Source of the DNA: Candidatus Latescibacterota bacterium
GTDB lineage: Bacteria > Latescibacterota > UBA2968 > UBA8231
Length of the DNA: 64,000 nucleotides
Assembly (NCBI GenBank): GCA_965261395.1
Contig: OZ253462.1
Coordinates: 2,656,001 to 2,720,000, forward strand
Direction: 5' to 3'
Each line of letters begins with the position of its first letter. Position 1 is the first letter of the stretch. Positions 50,477-59,615 of the stretch are shown here, in pieces. The position numbers and the translations under genes were made by a program. The notes below the pieces were generated by a model that worked only from the letters and a program-made list of their open reading frames with translations, made no database searches and was not told the origin of the DNA.

Positions 50477-51541
50477 ATGGCCTCCAAAATACTCGACAAT
50501 CGCGCCCTAAAACCACTGCAACCGGCGACCGCGCTGTGGAAACAGTACGACCCGGCGGCAGCGCCCCGCGCCTTTAAGGCCGAAAATCCAGCCCAAGCGC
50601 GACGCTGGCAAAAGACGACGCGACGCGCCCTCGCCAAGCATCTAGGCCTAGCGACCGGCGACGAGACGAATTTGGCAGCGCGCAAAGTAGAAGAAATCGA
50701 CAAAGGCGATTATACGCGGCAAAAAATAATCCTCCGCACCGGCCCCCACGCGCAGATGCCGGTGTACATCTTGCTGCCCAAAGGTGCCACCGGCCCCCTG
50801 CCCACGGTCGTAGCTTTCCACGGGCACGGGTACGGCGTCAAGGACATCGTCGGTTTGTGGGAGGATGGCGGCGAGCGCGACGAGCCCGACGGGTACCACA
50901 AGGACTTCGGCGTGGCCCTGTGCCGCGCTGGTTTTGCCGTGGCCGCCCCAGAAATTTCAGGCTTTGGCGAGCGCCAGACCGATTTCTCCTATCTGGAACG
51001 CGGCCAAGGAGCGCCTTCGACCTGTACCCATACGGCCATGCTCGCCTTCCACTTGGGCACCTCGGTGGTAGGAATCCGCGTGCGCGATGGTCTGCGCTTG
51101 GTCGATTACTTGGAGACCCGCCCCGAATTCGACACCAGTCGCCTCGGCGCGATGGGCATTTCGGGCGGCGGCATGCACACCTTCTTCTCCACCTGTATTG
51201 ACGAGCGCATCCGCGCCTGCGTGATCAGCGGCTACTACTCGACCTTCCAGCACAGCATCCTCGCCATGTCGCACTGCCCTTGCAACTATGTGCCGGGCTT
51301 GGCTGAATTCGGCGAAATGTACGATCTAGTCGGCCTCATCGCCCCGCGCCCATTGCTGGTGGAAGCTGGCACCCATGACCCCATCTTTCCGGTTGCCGCG
51401 GTGCGCTCTAGTCTGACCAAGGCGCGCCGGGTGTATGATGTTTTCTCAGCCCGCCAACGGGTGGGAGCCGACATTTTTTCGGGCCGACATCAAATCAGCG
51501 GTGCCCGCGCCTACGACTTTCTCCGCGAGGCTCTCGTCTGA
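50477..51541 (+). CDS. Alpha/beta hydrolase (dienelactone hydrolase/acetylxylan esterase-like)
   Basis: HGHG, nucleophile elbow GISGGG, D (HDPIF) and H (GRHQ). Confidence 0.8.
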   Translation: MASKILDNRALKPLQPATALWKQYDPAAAPRAFKAENPAQARRWQKTTRRALAKHLGLATGDETNLAARKVEEIDKGDYTRQKIILRTGPHAQMPVYILLPKGATGPLPTVVAFHGHGYGVKDIVGLWEDGGERDEPDGYHKDFGVALCRAGFAVAAPEISGFGERQTDFSYLERGQGAPSTCTHTAMLAFHLGTSVVGIRVRDGLRLVDYLETRPEFDTSRLGAMGISGGGMHTFFSTCIDERIRACVISGYYSTFQHSILAMSHCPCNYVPGLAEFGEMYDLVGLIAPRPLLVEAGTHDPIFPVAAVRSSLTKARRVYDVFSARQRVGADIFSGRHQISGARAYDFLREALV

Positions 51542-51578
51542 AGGCCGTGCAAGCAAATTCTAACCCCAAGGATCCCTC

Positions 51579-52586
51579 ATGAATCGCCCCCCCGCAGAAT
51601 CCAAACGCGTACCTGTCGCCATGCTGCGCTCCTTTACCGCTGACTGTCTCAAGGCCGCCGGGCTGCGCGCCGACCACGCCGATCAGCTAGCCGAGCTGTT
51701 GTCCAACTCCGACCTGCGCGGCGTGCGCTCGCACGGCACCCGCGCCATGGTTGGCTATTGCGGCAGCCTCCGCGACGGCACCGTCAACCCCAACCCCGAC
51801 CTGAGCGTGCTCCAAGATACCGAGACCACGGTCCTTATCGATGGCGACGGCGGCTTGGGCTACGCGCCGATGATGCTGGCCACCGAAAAGGCCATTGAGA
51901 AGGCCAAGCAATACAAGGTCGCTCTCGGCGCGGCCTGCCACCACGGGCACTATGGCTCGGCCGGGCACTACGTGCGCCGCGCCATGCAGGAGGGCTGTTG
52001 CGCCTTTTCGGTTCAGGGGAGCCATCCCAATTACTTCGGCGAAGGGGGCGGCAACAAGGGTCAGCAGTCCGCCTACTGGGGCAACCCGCCACTCAGCTTT
52101 GGCTTCCCGTCAGCAGAAGAGCCGCCGCTGGTCCTCGACGCGGCGACCTGCATCTTGGCCGACTATCATCGCGGCCCGGAATACGACGCTTTACAGGAGT
52201 TAATTCCGCCGGCTTTCTTCAAGTCGATGGGCTACACCGGCTCGGCGCTGACGCTGGGCGGAGCCTTCGTCGGCCAAAACAGCGACCGAGCCCGAGCCGT
52301 TGCCCAGCGGTGGTCCCGCGCTGGCAGTGGCGGCCTGATCATCGTCATGGACATCGGCGCGTTCGCCCCGCCCGACGCCTTCCGCGCTGGCGTTGACAAT
52401 CTCGTGCGCGGCGTCCGCGAGACTATGGAACCTGTGCGCGGGTACGACGAGGCGACCCTGCCGGGCACCATTGAGTACCGCAAGAGCGAGGAATACGCCC
52501 GCGAAGGGGTGCCGATGGCCTTGGACGAGTTGGAAAGGCTAGCGGCGTGCGGGCGCGAGTTGGGGGTTGAGGCGGAGTGGGAGTGA
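51579..52586 (+). CDS. Ldh_2 family oxidoreductase
   Basis: DLRGVRSHG, DGDGGLG, HYG, GNPP and LPG motifs. Confidence 0.82.
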   Translation: MNRPPAESKRVPVAMLRSFTADCLKAAGLRADHADQLAELLSNSDLRGVRSHGTRAMVGYCGSLRDGTVNPNPDLSVLQDTETTVLIDGDGGLGYAPMMLATEKAIEKAKQYKVALGAACHHGHYGSAGHYVRRAMQEGCCAFSVQGSHPNYFGEGGGNKGQQSAYWGNPPLSFGFPSAEEPPLVLDAATCILADYHRGPEYDALQELIPPAFFKSMGYTGSALTLGGAFVGQNSDRARAVAQRWSRAGSGGLIIVMDIGAFAPPDAFRAGVDNLVRGVRETMEPVRGYDEATLPGTIEYRKSEEYAREGVPMALDELERLAACGRELGVEAEWE

Positions 52587-52656
52587 TGTGAGGGGGCATA
52601 AGTAAGCCTTGCGGCTGCTATTTCCGTTAATATGGGTTTGGCCGCTGTAGTGCGAG

Positions 52657-53916
52657 CTAGTCGGCTCCCGACAGCAAATGCGGAATCGCCACGTGGCGCA
52701 GCCGCCCGTCCGTGCTGGGGATGCTCGACGCATCGTTTGAGGCCACCAAGCCCAACAGCAGCGGCTTATCCAGCAAGTCCTCTAGGCCGCGAAGATGGCG
52801 AAAATCGGCCGCGCTGACCCTCGCTGTCTGTTTGACTTCCACGGCGATAAACCCATCCTCGCGTTCAATCAACAAGTCCACCTCGCGCCGGTCCGCGGTG
52901 CGCAGATGGTATAGCTCAACCGGTAGTTGGGCGTTGCGGCACTGCTTGTAGATTTCCGCCACCACCGCACTTTCCAGTTCCGCGCCGTCAATATCCCCGC
53001 GCTTCCGCAAAATGCTCCGCCGGATCCCCGGATCGACAAAATGTAGCTTGCTTTGCTTGCTCAGGCGTTTTTCCGAGCTGCGATACCAAGCCGGCAACAG
53101 AATAATCTGATAGCTCAGTTCCAAGTAGCGCATAAACTGCCGCGCTGTCGCCGGAGACACATCGCTCAGCCGCGCTAGATCCGAGAAATTGACCACCTGA
53201 CCCGAACGCAGAGCCGCCGCTTGCTGGGCGCGGACAAAAGGCTCCAGCCGCCGCAACTGCGCCAGATCGCCTAAGTCGCGCTGGAGGTACATCACTTGGT
53301 AGTCCTGCAACCACGCGAACCGATCCTCGTCGTCCCACTCCCTAAGCCGCGGCATACCGCCCCAGTGGAGGAAGTACTCCCAGCGCGTTTTGGCCAGCGC
53401 GTAGGCTGCGGTAATGCGATAGGTCGCCGGACATAGCTGGTCGAGGGCGCGGACCGGATCGTCGGCAGCGAGTACCTCGACCAATCGGCTCGCACCGGTT
53501 GATGCCAGCAATTCCGGCAGGGTAAACGGGAAAAGCGCTCGCAGCGCAGCGCGTCCAGCGAGCGATTCTCGCACTTTTTCGAGCAGCAGAATTTGGCTCG
53601 ACCCCAGCAGGATATAACGCACCTGCGAATCGCGGTCATAACACGCTTTTAGGGTCTCGATGACCGCCGGTAGCTTCTGCGCTTCATCGACGATGGCACG
53701 GGGGTAGCGGGCAATCCATTCTTCCGGCCCTAGCTGCTCGTAGGCCGCTCGTTCCACAGGCGAATCCAGATTAATCACCGGATAGTCGGGAAACGCCATG
53801 CTGGCAAGGGTGGATTTCCCCACTTGGCGCGCTCCCGTAAGCACGAAGAGACGTCCGCGCTCGCGCCAATGAACATCTTGTACATCTTGTTGGATTTGGC
53901 GTATAATTTGAATCAT
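52657..53916 (-). CDS. AAA_14 ATPase with DUF4143 (wHTH and PD-(D/E)XK-like) C-terminus
   Basis: Walker A GARQVGKS, Walker B IVDEAQ, LGSS, ESLAGR, GGMP, DPG, EVDLL...AVEVK. Start set at ATG 53916. Confidence 0.88.
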   Translation of the reverse strand: MIQIIRQIQQDVQDVHWRERGRLFVLTGARQVGKSTLASMAFPDYPVINLDSPVERAAYEQLGPEEWIARYPRAIVDEAQKLPAVIETLKACYDRDSQVRYILLGSSQILLLEKVRESLAGRAALRALFPFTLPELLASTGASRLVEVLAADDPVRALDQLCPATYRITAAYALAKTRWEYFLHWGGMPRLREWDDEDRFAWLQDYQVMYLQRDLGDLAQLRRLEPFVRAQQAAALRSGQVVNFSDLARLSDVSPATARQFMRYLELSYQIILLPAWYRSSEKRLSKQSKLHFVDPGIRRSILRKRGDIDGAELESAVVAEIYKQCRNAQLPVELYHLRTADRREVDLLIEREDGFIAVEVKQTARVSAADFRHLRGLEDLLDKPLLLGLVASNDASSIPSTDGRLRHVAIPHLLSGAD

Positions 53917-53935
53917 TAATTCAAAATTTACGCCA
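53897..53935. promoter_or_regulatory. Palindromic operator-like site overlapping the ATPase start codon
   Basis: TGGCGTATAATTTGAA-TCATTAA-TTCAAAATTTACGCCA. Confidence 0.65.
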
Positions 53936-53976
53936 TTTTTAGAAAAAAACAACGACGAGCTGGTCGCATCGCCCGC

Positions 53977-55038
53977 TTACTCGATCCGCACTTCCCGCCC
54001 CTGCTCCGCCGACTCGTACAGTCCGTCGAGCATCTTCTGTACCATCAGCCCGTGCTCTCCGGGCGACAGGGTTTCCACGCCGTAGAGTACGTGATCGACG
54101 AAGTTGCGCATCTTTTGGCCGAAGGCGTCGGCCGCCGGGCCGCTGGGCATCCAGTCGGGCCGGGAGTTGACCATGTAATCGTTGGCGTCGTGGAAAAGCC
54201 CCGGCGGGTCCCAATTGGCACCGCCTTTCTCGCCCATCAGCGTGAAGTTCCACTCGTTCTTCTCGATATGGGCGGCGAAGCTAGCCTCAATACTGAGCAT
54301 CGCGCCATTGGCAAAACGGATATGCCCTACCGCTAAGTCCTCAATCGTATAGGTCTTGTAGTCCCAATTGGGCCACTGCGAGATCACGTTTGACGGCTTG
54401 TCACCGAGGTAGGTATAGGTGCTGCCACTGGCTGCCACCGGTTTGGGCGCGCCCATTGCATAGTGCGTGGTCTCCAGCATGTGGACACCGATATCGATCA
54501 GCGGCCCACCGCCTTGTAGGTCCTTGCGGCCAAAGACTCCCCAGTTGGGGATCCCCCGTCGCCGTAGGGCATGCACCCGGGCGTACAGGACCGTGCCCAG
54601 TTCGCCGTTGTCAACGATCTTCTTGATAAACTGCGTCTTCGGCTCATAGCGGTTCTGGAATCCAATGATCAGCTTTTTGCCGTTTTTCTCCGCGGCGTCG
54701 AGCATCTCTTGGCCCTCGCGTGCGTTCATGGCCAAAGGCTTCTCAACGAGGGCGTGGGCACCCGCGTCGAGCGCGGCGATGGTGCAGGGGGCGTGCAGGC
54801 CGTTGGGCGTGCAGATGCTCACGGCGTCGGGTGCGACCTGCCGGAGCATCTCCTCGTAGTCGGCGTACGCTGCGGGGATTTCGTATTCCTCGCAGCATTC
54901 TTGCGCTCTTTCGAGCGCCACATCCGCTACGGCCACCATCTCCACATCGTCCATGTTTTGGTAATAGCGCATGTGCGCCTTGGCGATGCCGCCCGCGCCG
55001 ATTAGGGCGACGCGCAGCCTGTCTTGCTTCTTAGTCAT
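53977..55038 (-). CDS. Gfo/Idh/MocA family oxidoreductase
   Basis: GAGGIA, ICTPNGLH, VEKP, GGGPLIDIGVH. Confidence 0.9.
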   Translation of the reverse strand: MTKKQDRLRVALIGAGGIAKAHMRYYQNMDDVEMVAVADVALERAQECCEEYEIPAAYADYEEMLRQVAPDAVSICTPNGLHAPCTIAALDAGAHALVEKPLAMNAREGQEMLDAAEKNGKKLIIGFQNRYEPKTQFIKKIVDNGELGTVLYARVHALRRRGIPNWGVFGRKDLQGGGPLIDIGVHMLETTHYAMGAPKPVAASGSTYTYLGDKPSNVISQWPNWDYKTYTIEDLAVGHIRFANGAMLSIEASFAAHIEKNEWNFTLMGEKGGANWDPPGLFHDANDYMVNSRPDWMPSGPAADAFGQKMRNFVDHVLYGVETLSPGEHGLMVQKMLDGLYESAEQGREVRIE

Positions 55039-55079
55039 TGATCTCCGCCCTCCGTTCGTTTGAAATTGTGGCAAGGCAC

Positions 55080-55106
55080 AAAAAAACCGGCCCGCAGACC
55101 GGTTTT
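55080..55106 (-). terminator. Intrinsic terminator
   Basis: Minus strand ACCGGTC-TGCG-GGCCGGT followed by T-tract. Confidence 0.7.
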
Positions 55107-55125
55107 CTCTCCTACAGATACCATC

Positions 55126-56028
55126 CTAGTCCGCTTGGAACTGCTCGATAAGCTGGCGCACGTCTGGGTGCCCGTCAACGCCGCGACCGGGGTGGATGAT
55201 CAGCCGATAGCGGAAGATGGCCTTGTCGCCGCTGGAGATGGTTAGGCTCTCGTCGATGTTCGCGTCGCCCTTGAAATCGTGCACCCCAAAGGGATTGGCG
55301 GTAAACAGCCCGTAGCCGCGCACGTGCCAGTAGGTCGGGTGGCGGGGGTTGTCGCGGTGATCGACGACGGTATGCCCCCACTCCTCGCCCTCGGCTACCG
55401 GCCCTGAATAATCCACCCAAGCCGCCTGCTGGCCCCAAGTAGCCTCCGCGCCTTGGCCGTTTTCAAAAATTTGTCCCGCGGAGTTTTCGATCCGTCCCGC
55501 GTCTTTGGCGTCCATGGAGGTCGGCACCCGGATCGAAAACAGCCCGCCTTCTTTGGTGTCGCCGAAGGTCACGTCGCCGTAGCGGGCACGAAACTCGCTG
55601 CGTTGGTCCACGATCCGCAACGCACCTTCAGCGCGGATGGAGATGGTGCGCCGCTCCTCCAACAGCTTCTCGCCCTCCGGCCCAAACCAATCGACGATTC
55701 CGTCGATTTGCGCTGCGCCATCGGCTGCGCCGACTACCGGCTCGCCCCGTTGCAGCATGGCCCCGTGGCCGGTGCCCTCGTCCCAGAGGTTGTGGCCGTT
55801 GACGAGGCCGTGGGCCGTGTAGACGCCGCGATGGTGGTAGTGGTCCTGCGTCTCGCCCGCGACATCTTCCATTGGATAGGCGCGGGTGAGTCCGGTGCCA
55901 CTGGGCGTCAGCACTGGGTAAAAGTAAGGGCGGCACACGTAGTGACCGTAGCGGTACTCGGTAAAAAGTTGGCCGTCGATGGCGACGACGGCCTTGCAGT
56001 CTGCGGGAATCAGCTCGATATCGATCAT
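55126..56028 (-). CDS. DUF6807/PmoA-family beta-sandwich protein
   Basis: PYFYPV, DHYHHRG, FGDTKEGG, WVDYSG, WHVRGYGLFTANPFG. Confidence 0.75.
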   Translation of the reverse strand: MIDIELIPADCKAVVAIDGQLFTEYRYGHYVCRPYFYPVLTPSGTGLTRAYPMEDVAGETQDHYHHRGVYTAHGLVNGHNLWDEGTGHGAMLQRGEPVVGAADGAAQIDGIVDWFGPEGEKLLEERRTISIRAEGALRIVDQRSEFRARYGDVTFGDTKEGGLFSIRVPTSMDAKDAGRIENSAGQIFENGQGAEATWGQQAAWVDYSGPVAEGEEWGHTVVDHRDNPRHPTYWHVRGYGLFTANPFGVHDFKGDANIDESLTISSGDKAIFRYRLIIHPGRGVDGHPDVRQLIEQFQAD

Positions 56029-56042
56029 TTACTTCCTTTCCG

Positions 56043-57383
56043 TTATGCAGCTCGGCCACAGCAGCGCTTGTACTTCTTGCCGCTGCCGCAGGAGCACGGG
56101 TCGTTGCGGCCAGGGGCCTTTTGGTGCAGGGCCGCCTTGACCGCGTCCCTTTTTCTGGTCCACTCCATCACGCCGGTGGCCGGTCGGCTGTGTCGCAACT
56201 CGTTGGCCATAAAGCGCATGTAGGGATCGACGTGCCCGAAGTACATCTTGTACCCTTTGCACAGATAGTTGAGGCCGTCCTCGCCGCGCGGGGTTTTGGT
56301 AAAGCGGTGCTTGGGGCAGCCGCCGTTGCAGGCGAAGCGGTAATCGCATTCGATGCAGTACTGGGGCAGCGTGTCCTTTTTGTCCTGCCCGAACTTGGTC
56401 TGCTGCGGGCTGGCGACCATGTCGCGGATGCTCTCCTCGTGGACATTGCCCAAGCGATAATCCGAGTAGACGAAGTGATCGCAGGAGTACAGGTCGCCGT
56501 TGTGCTCGATAATCAGTGCCTTGCCGCAGGTCTCGGCGAAGATGCACAGGCTCGCATCTTGGCCCAGCCACGAGCCGAGAGTCACGTCAAAGAGCTGCAC
56601 GAAGACTTGACCGACGTCGTTGCGCACCCACTCGTCAAAGATCGCGCAGAGGAACTTGCCGTACTGTCCCGCCCCCACCGACCACTTGGAAACCGGTGCT
56701 CGGCCCTCGTATTCGGGATCGACTAACTCCAGCCCGTCCTCGTCCGGCTCGTGCGCGATGCGCTCGACGATGGGAATAAACTGCATAAACCCCGAGCCTT
56801 CTTCGCGCAGGAAGCGGTAGATTTCGAGCGGATTATCGGCGTTGTGGTTTTGCAGCACGGTCAGGGTGTTGAATTCCACCGCGTGCTTTTTGAGCATTTG
56901 CAAACCAGCGTACACCCGGTCGTAGGTCGGCTTCTGGCCCTTGTCAACTCGGTAGTGATCGTGGTATTGGCGCGGCCCGTCGATCGACAGCCCGATTAGG
57001 AATTTGTTTTCGGCGAGGAACTCGCCCCACTCGTCGTCGAGGAGGATGCCGTTGGTTTGGAAGGCGTTGGTGATGGCCTTGCCGTTGGCGTACTGCTGCT
57101 GTAGCTCGACTGCGCGGCGGAAAAAGTCCACGCCCATCAGCGTCGGCTCGCCACCCTGCCAGGCAAAGTCCACCTGCGGCACGTCTTGGGCCTCGATGTA
57201 CTGCTGGACGTAGCGTTCGAGCGTCTCGTCGGACATGCGCCAATTTTTGCGCGCGTCCGGGTAGAGCTTTTCCTTCTCCAGATAGAAGCAGTACTTGCAG
57301 TCGATATTGCAGACCGAGCCCGAGGGCTTGGCCATCACGTGGCAAGACGCCGGAGCAGGGTTGAGTGTGGTCGCAGTTTCCAT
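56043..57383 (-). CDS. Anaerobic sulfatase maturase (radical SAM/SPASM) with SEC-C tail
   Basis: KPSGSVCNIDCKYCFY, WQGGEP, YSCDH, SPASM CxxC...C.GGCPK; C-terminal GRNDPCSCGSGKKYKRCC. Confidence 0.9.
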   Translation of the reverse strand: METATTLNPAPASCHVMAKPSGSVCNIDCKYCFYLEKEKLYPDARKNWRMSDETLERYVQQYIEAQDVPQVDFAWQGGEPTLMGVDFFRRAVELQQQYANGKAITNAFQTNGILLDDEWGEFLAENKFLIGLSIDGPRQYHDHYRVDKGQKPTYDRVYAGLQMLKKHAVEFNTLTVLQNHNADNPLEIYRFLREEGSGFMQFIPIVERIAHEPDEDGLELVDPEYEGRAPVSKWSVGAGQYGKFLCAIFDEWVRNDVGQVFVQLFDVTLGSWLGQDASLCIFAETCGKALIIEHNGDLYSCDHFVYSDYRLGNVHEESIRDMVASPQQTKFGQDKKDTLPQYCIECDYRFACNGGCPKHRFTKTPRGEDGLNYLCKGYKMYFGHVDPYMRFMANELRHSRPATGVMEWTRKRDAVKAALHQKAPGRNDPCSCGSGKKYKRCCGRAA

Positions 57384-57452
57384 CAGGGTCTATCTTGAAG
57401 TGGTGAGTATGATAGGGTTTGCCCTGCGGCAATGCAAATATAGGAAAATCTA

Positions 57453-58136
57453 ATGAGTACCATTTTCGTCGGCGACGTCCACGGCTGCGCCGCTGAGTTT
57501 GAAGCCTTCCTTGCAAAGATAAGTTACGACCAAGCCAAAGATCGCCTGTTGCTGACCGGCGATGCCTTTTCTCGCGGCCCCGACCCGCTGGCGGTGTGGC
57601 AGTTGATCCGCGAAACCGAGGCCGAAATGGTCTTGGGTAACCACGACGCCCGCCTCTTGAAGCAGCTAACGGCTCTAGCGAAGGGCCGCAAGCCCAAAGT
57701 GAAGTACCCCGACCAGGACTATACCCTCGCCCAGCTTAAGCCTGTCCAAGACGAAATGCTCGCTTGGCTCCGGCAGTGCCCGCTCTACATCGCGGAAGAC
57801 GCGTTTCTCTTAGTCCACGCCGGCATCCACCCGAAAAAGGGCTTACAAGGCACCCGTCGCAAAGAATTCCTCAAGATCCGCACGTGGCCGCCCACCGACG
57901 ATCTGGCTAGCCCGCGCTGGCACGATTTTTACAAGCCGACGCATCCCCTGCTCGTCTTTGGCCACGACGCGCCCGGCGGCTTGGTGGTCAAAAAACGCGC
58001 TGGCCGCCCCTATCTCATTGGTCTCGACTCGGGCTGCATTTATGGCGGCCAGCTCAGTGGCTATGTGCTCAAAGAAGCGCGGCTGGTGCAAGTGGAGAGC
58101 CAGCAAGCAGCGGATGTGTGGAAGCGGCTGGCTTAG
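57453..58136 (+). CDS. Metallophosphoesterase (ApaH/PrpA-like)
   Basis: GDVHG, GD...RGP, GNHD, HAG, FGH, DSGC. Confidence 0.88.
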   Translation: MSTIFVGDVHGCAAEFEAFLAKISYDQAKDRLLLTGDAFSRGPDPLAVWQLIRETEAEMVLGNHDARLLKQLTALAKGRKPKVKYPDQDYTLAQLKPVQDEMLAWLRQCPLYIAEDAFLLVHAGIHPKKGLQGTRRKEFLKIRTWPPTDDLASPRWHDFYKPTHPLLVFGHDAPGGLVVKKRAGRPYLIGLDSGCIYGGQLSGYVLKEARLVQVESQQAADVWKRLA

Positions 58137-59287
58137 GCGAGGTCGCCGCTCCAGAGCATTTGGACGAAGGTGGCTACGGGCAGGATGTCGATACCGTCGT
58201 CCGTGCGCCGAGCGCGGGGTTCGAGGCAGGCTACCACTCGTCGGCTGACGCCCGGATGATCCTTTACTAGGCTACGCAGCCCTTTCAAGTGGTTGCTGAC
58301 GATGTGATTACTCGCCTTGGCCTCGACCGCTAGCTGCATGTCGCCTAGGATAAAATCAACCTCGGTCCCACCGGCTAGACGCCAATAGCTCAGTTCGCCA
58401 TCGAACATTTGATAGTCGGCAAACGCGGTCAATTCGTGGAATACCCAGTTCTCAAATGCCTTGCCGTATAGTTCCGAGCCTATCAGCAGTTGGCCCCGGC
58501 GGGCGAGTCGATTGACTACTCCGACATCCGCAAAGTAAAACTTAGGCGCGGCAACCACTCTCCGCTTGGGACGCCTGCGGAAGGCGGGCAACCAGCGCCC
58601 GAGCAGCGCGTCTTCGAGAATCTCGTAGTAGCCCCTCGCCGTGTGACTGGTGACGCCGCACTCCCGCGCGATATTGGAGAAGTTGACCATTTCGGTATCG
58701 CCTAGAGCGGCTGAGTTCAAAAATCCGGCAAACGCAGGCAAATTGCGGACTAGCCCTTCGGCCGCGACTTCCTCCTTGAGATAGTCGGCGACATAGGCGT
58801 CGAGCAACCGTGCGGGACGGGCGTTGTCGTACATTCGGGGCAGGTAGCCGTGGTTGAGGAGGCGGGTGAGATCAAAGTCTGCGCTGAGTTCCCGCGCCGT
58901 CAGCCCGTGCAGTTGGTAGCGCACGGCCCGTCCGCCGAGCAGGTTGGCCCCTCCGCGCCGCACCTTGCGGGCACTGGAGCCGCAAAGGGCGAAACTCAAC
59001 CCTCGGTTTTCGATCAGCCAATGCACCTCGTCGAGCAGCGCAGGTACCTTCTGAATCTCATCAATGACGATCTGGCGATTGGGATCGAACTCTGTCGCCT
59101 CGATTTCTTGACGCAGAAACTCCGGGTTGGCGACGTAGCGCCGGAACTCGTCTGCCTTTAGGAGATCAAGCCACAGGCCGTCGGCGTACTGGTGTTTTAG
59201 CAGGGTGCTTTTGCCCGCCTGTCGCGGTCCCCAGAGGAAAAATGTCTCGGTACCGGACGCGGGTAGGTCCAGAACTCGTTCGTACAT
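58133..59287 (-). CDS. AAA_14 ATPase with DUF4143 C-terminus
   Basis: GPRQAGKS, IDEIQ, GSSARK, NLLGGRA, KFYFAD.G, FEN, EVDF...AVEAK. Confidence 0.9.
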   Translation of the reverse strand: MYERVLDLPASGTETFFLWGPRQAGKSTLLKHQYADGLWLDLLKADEFRRYVANPEFLRQEIEATEFDPNRQIVIDEIQKVPALLDEVHWLIENRGLSFALCGSSARKVRRGGANLLGGRAVRYQLHGLTARELSADFDLTRLLNHGYLPRMYDNARPARLLDAYVADYLKEEVAAEGLVRNLPAFAGFLNSAALGDTEMVNFSNIARECGVTSHTARGYYEILEDALLGRWLPAFRRRPKRRVVAAPKFYFADVGVVNRLARRGQLLIGSELYGKAFENWVFHELTAFADYQMFDGELSYWRLAGGTEVDFILGDMQLAVEAKASNHIVSNHLKGLRSLVKDHPGVSRRVVACLEPRARRTDDGIDILPVATFVQMLWSGDLA

Positions 59288-59303
59288 GGACCTAAAATTA
59301 GCG

Positions 59304-59365
59304 TGTAAATTTGAAATAGCTATTCAAAATTACATGATAATTTGAAGTAGTGGTTCAAAATTACA
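59304..59365. promoter_or_regulatory. Two tandem 31-bp palindromic operator-like sites upstream of the ATPase
   Basis: TGTAAATTTGAA-ATAGCTA-TTCAAAATTACA immediately followed by TGATAATTTGAA-GTAGTGG-TTCAAAATTACA. Confidence 0.7.
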
Positions 59366-59615
59366 GCATGGTCAGAAAATCCGATGTCTTTGGTGATCTG
59401 CTCGGTCCGAATAGAATCCGGGAGGCAATCACAGGAAAACGGTTCCCTCCATGTACTTCACCGCCTTCCCCTGACCTCCACCCGCCTGCCCTGAGCGCGG
59501 TGGACGGCTTGTGCGTGCATTTCCGTCCCGGCGCCGGGACAGTGCGTCCCAGCGGTAGCCCGGGCGAGCAGTACGATTGGTTCCGCTAGTAGTGCGGCGG
59601 TTGAGTAGCAATAAA

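Noticed and set aside
55126-56028. PmoA label suggesting methane oxidation
   Set aside because: Soluble protein with no TM helices and no pmoB/pmoC; the family name is misleading
59304-59365. 31-bp palindromic repeats as a mini-CRISPR
   Set aside because: Only two adjacent units, no spacer between them, and the variation is inside the palindrome centre; fits an operator better
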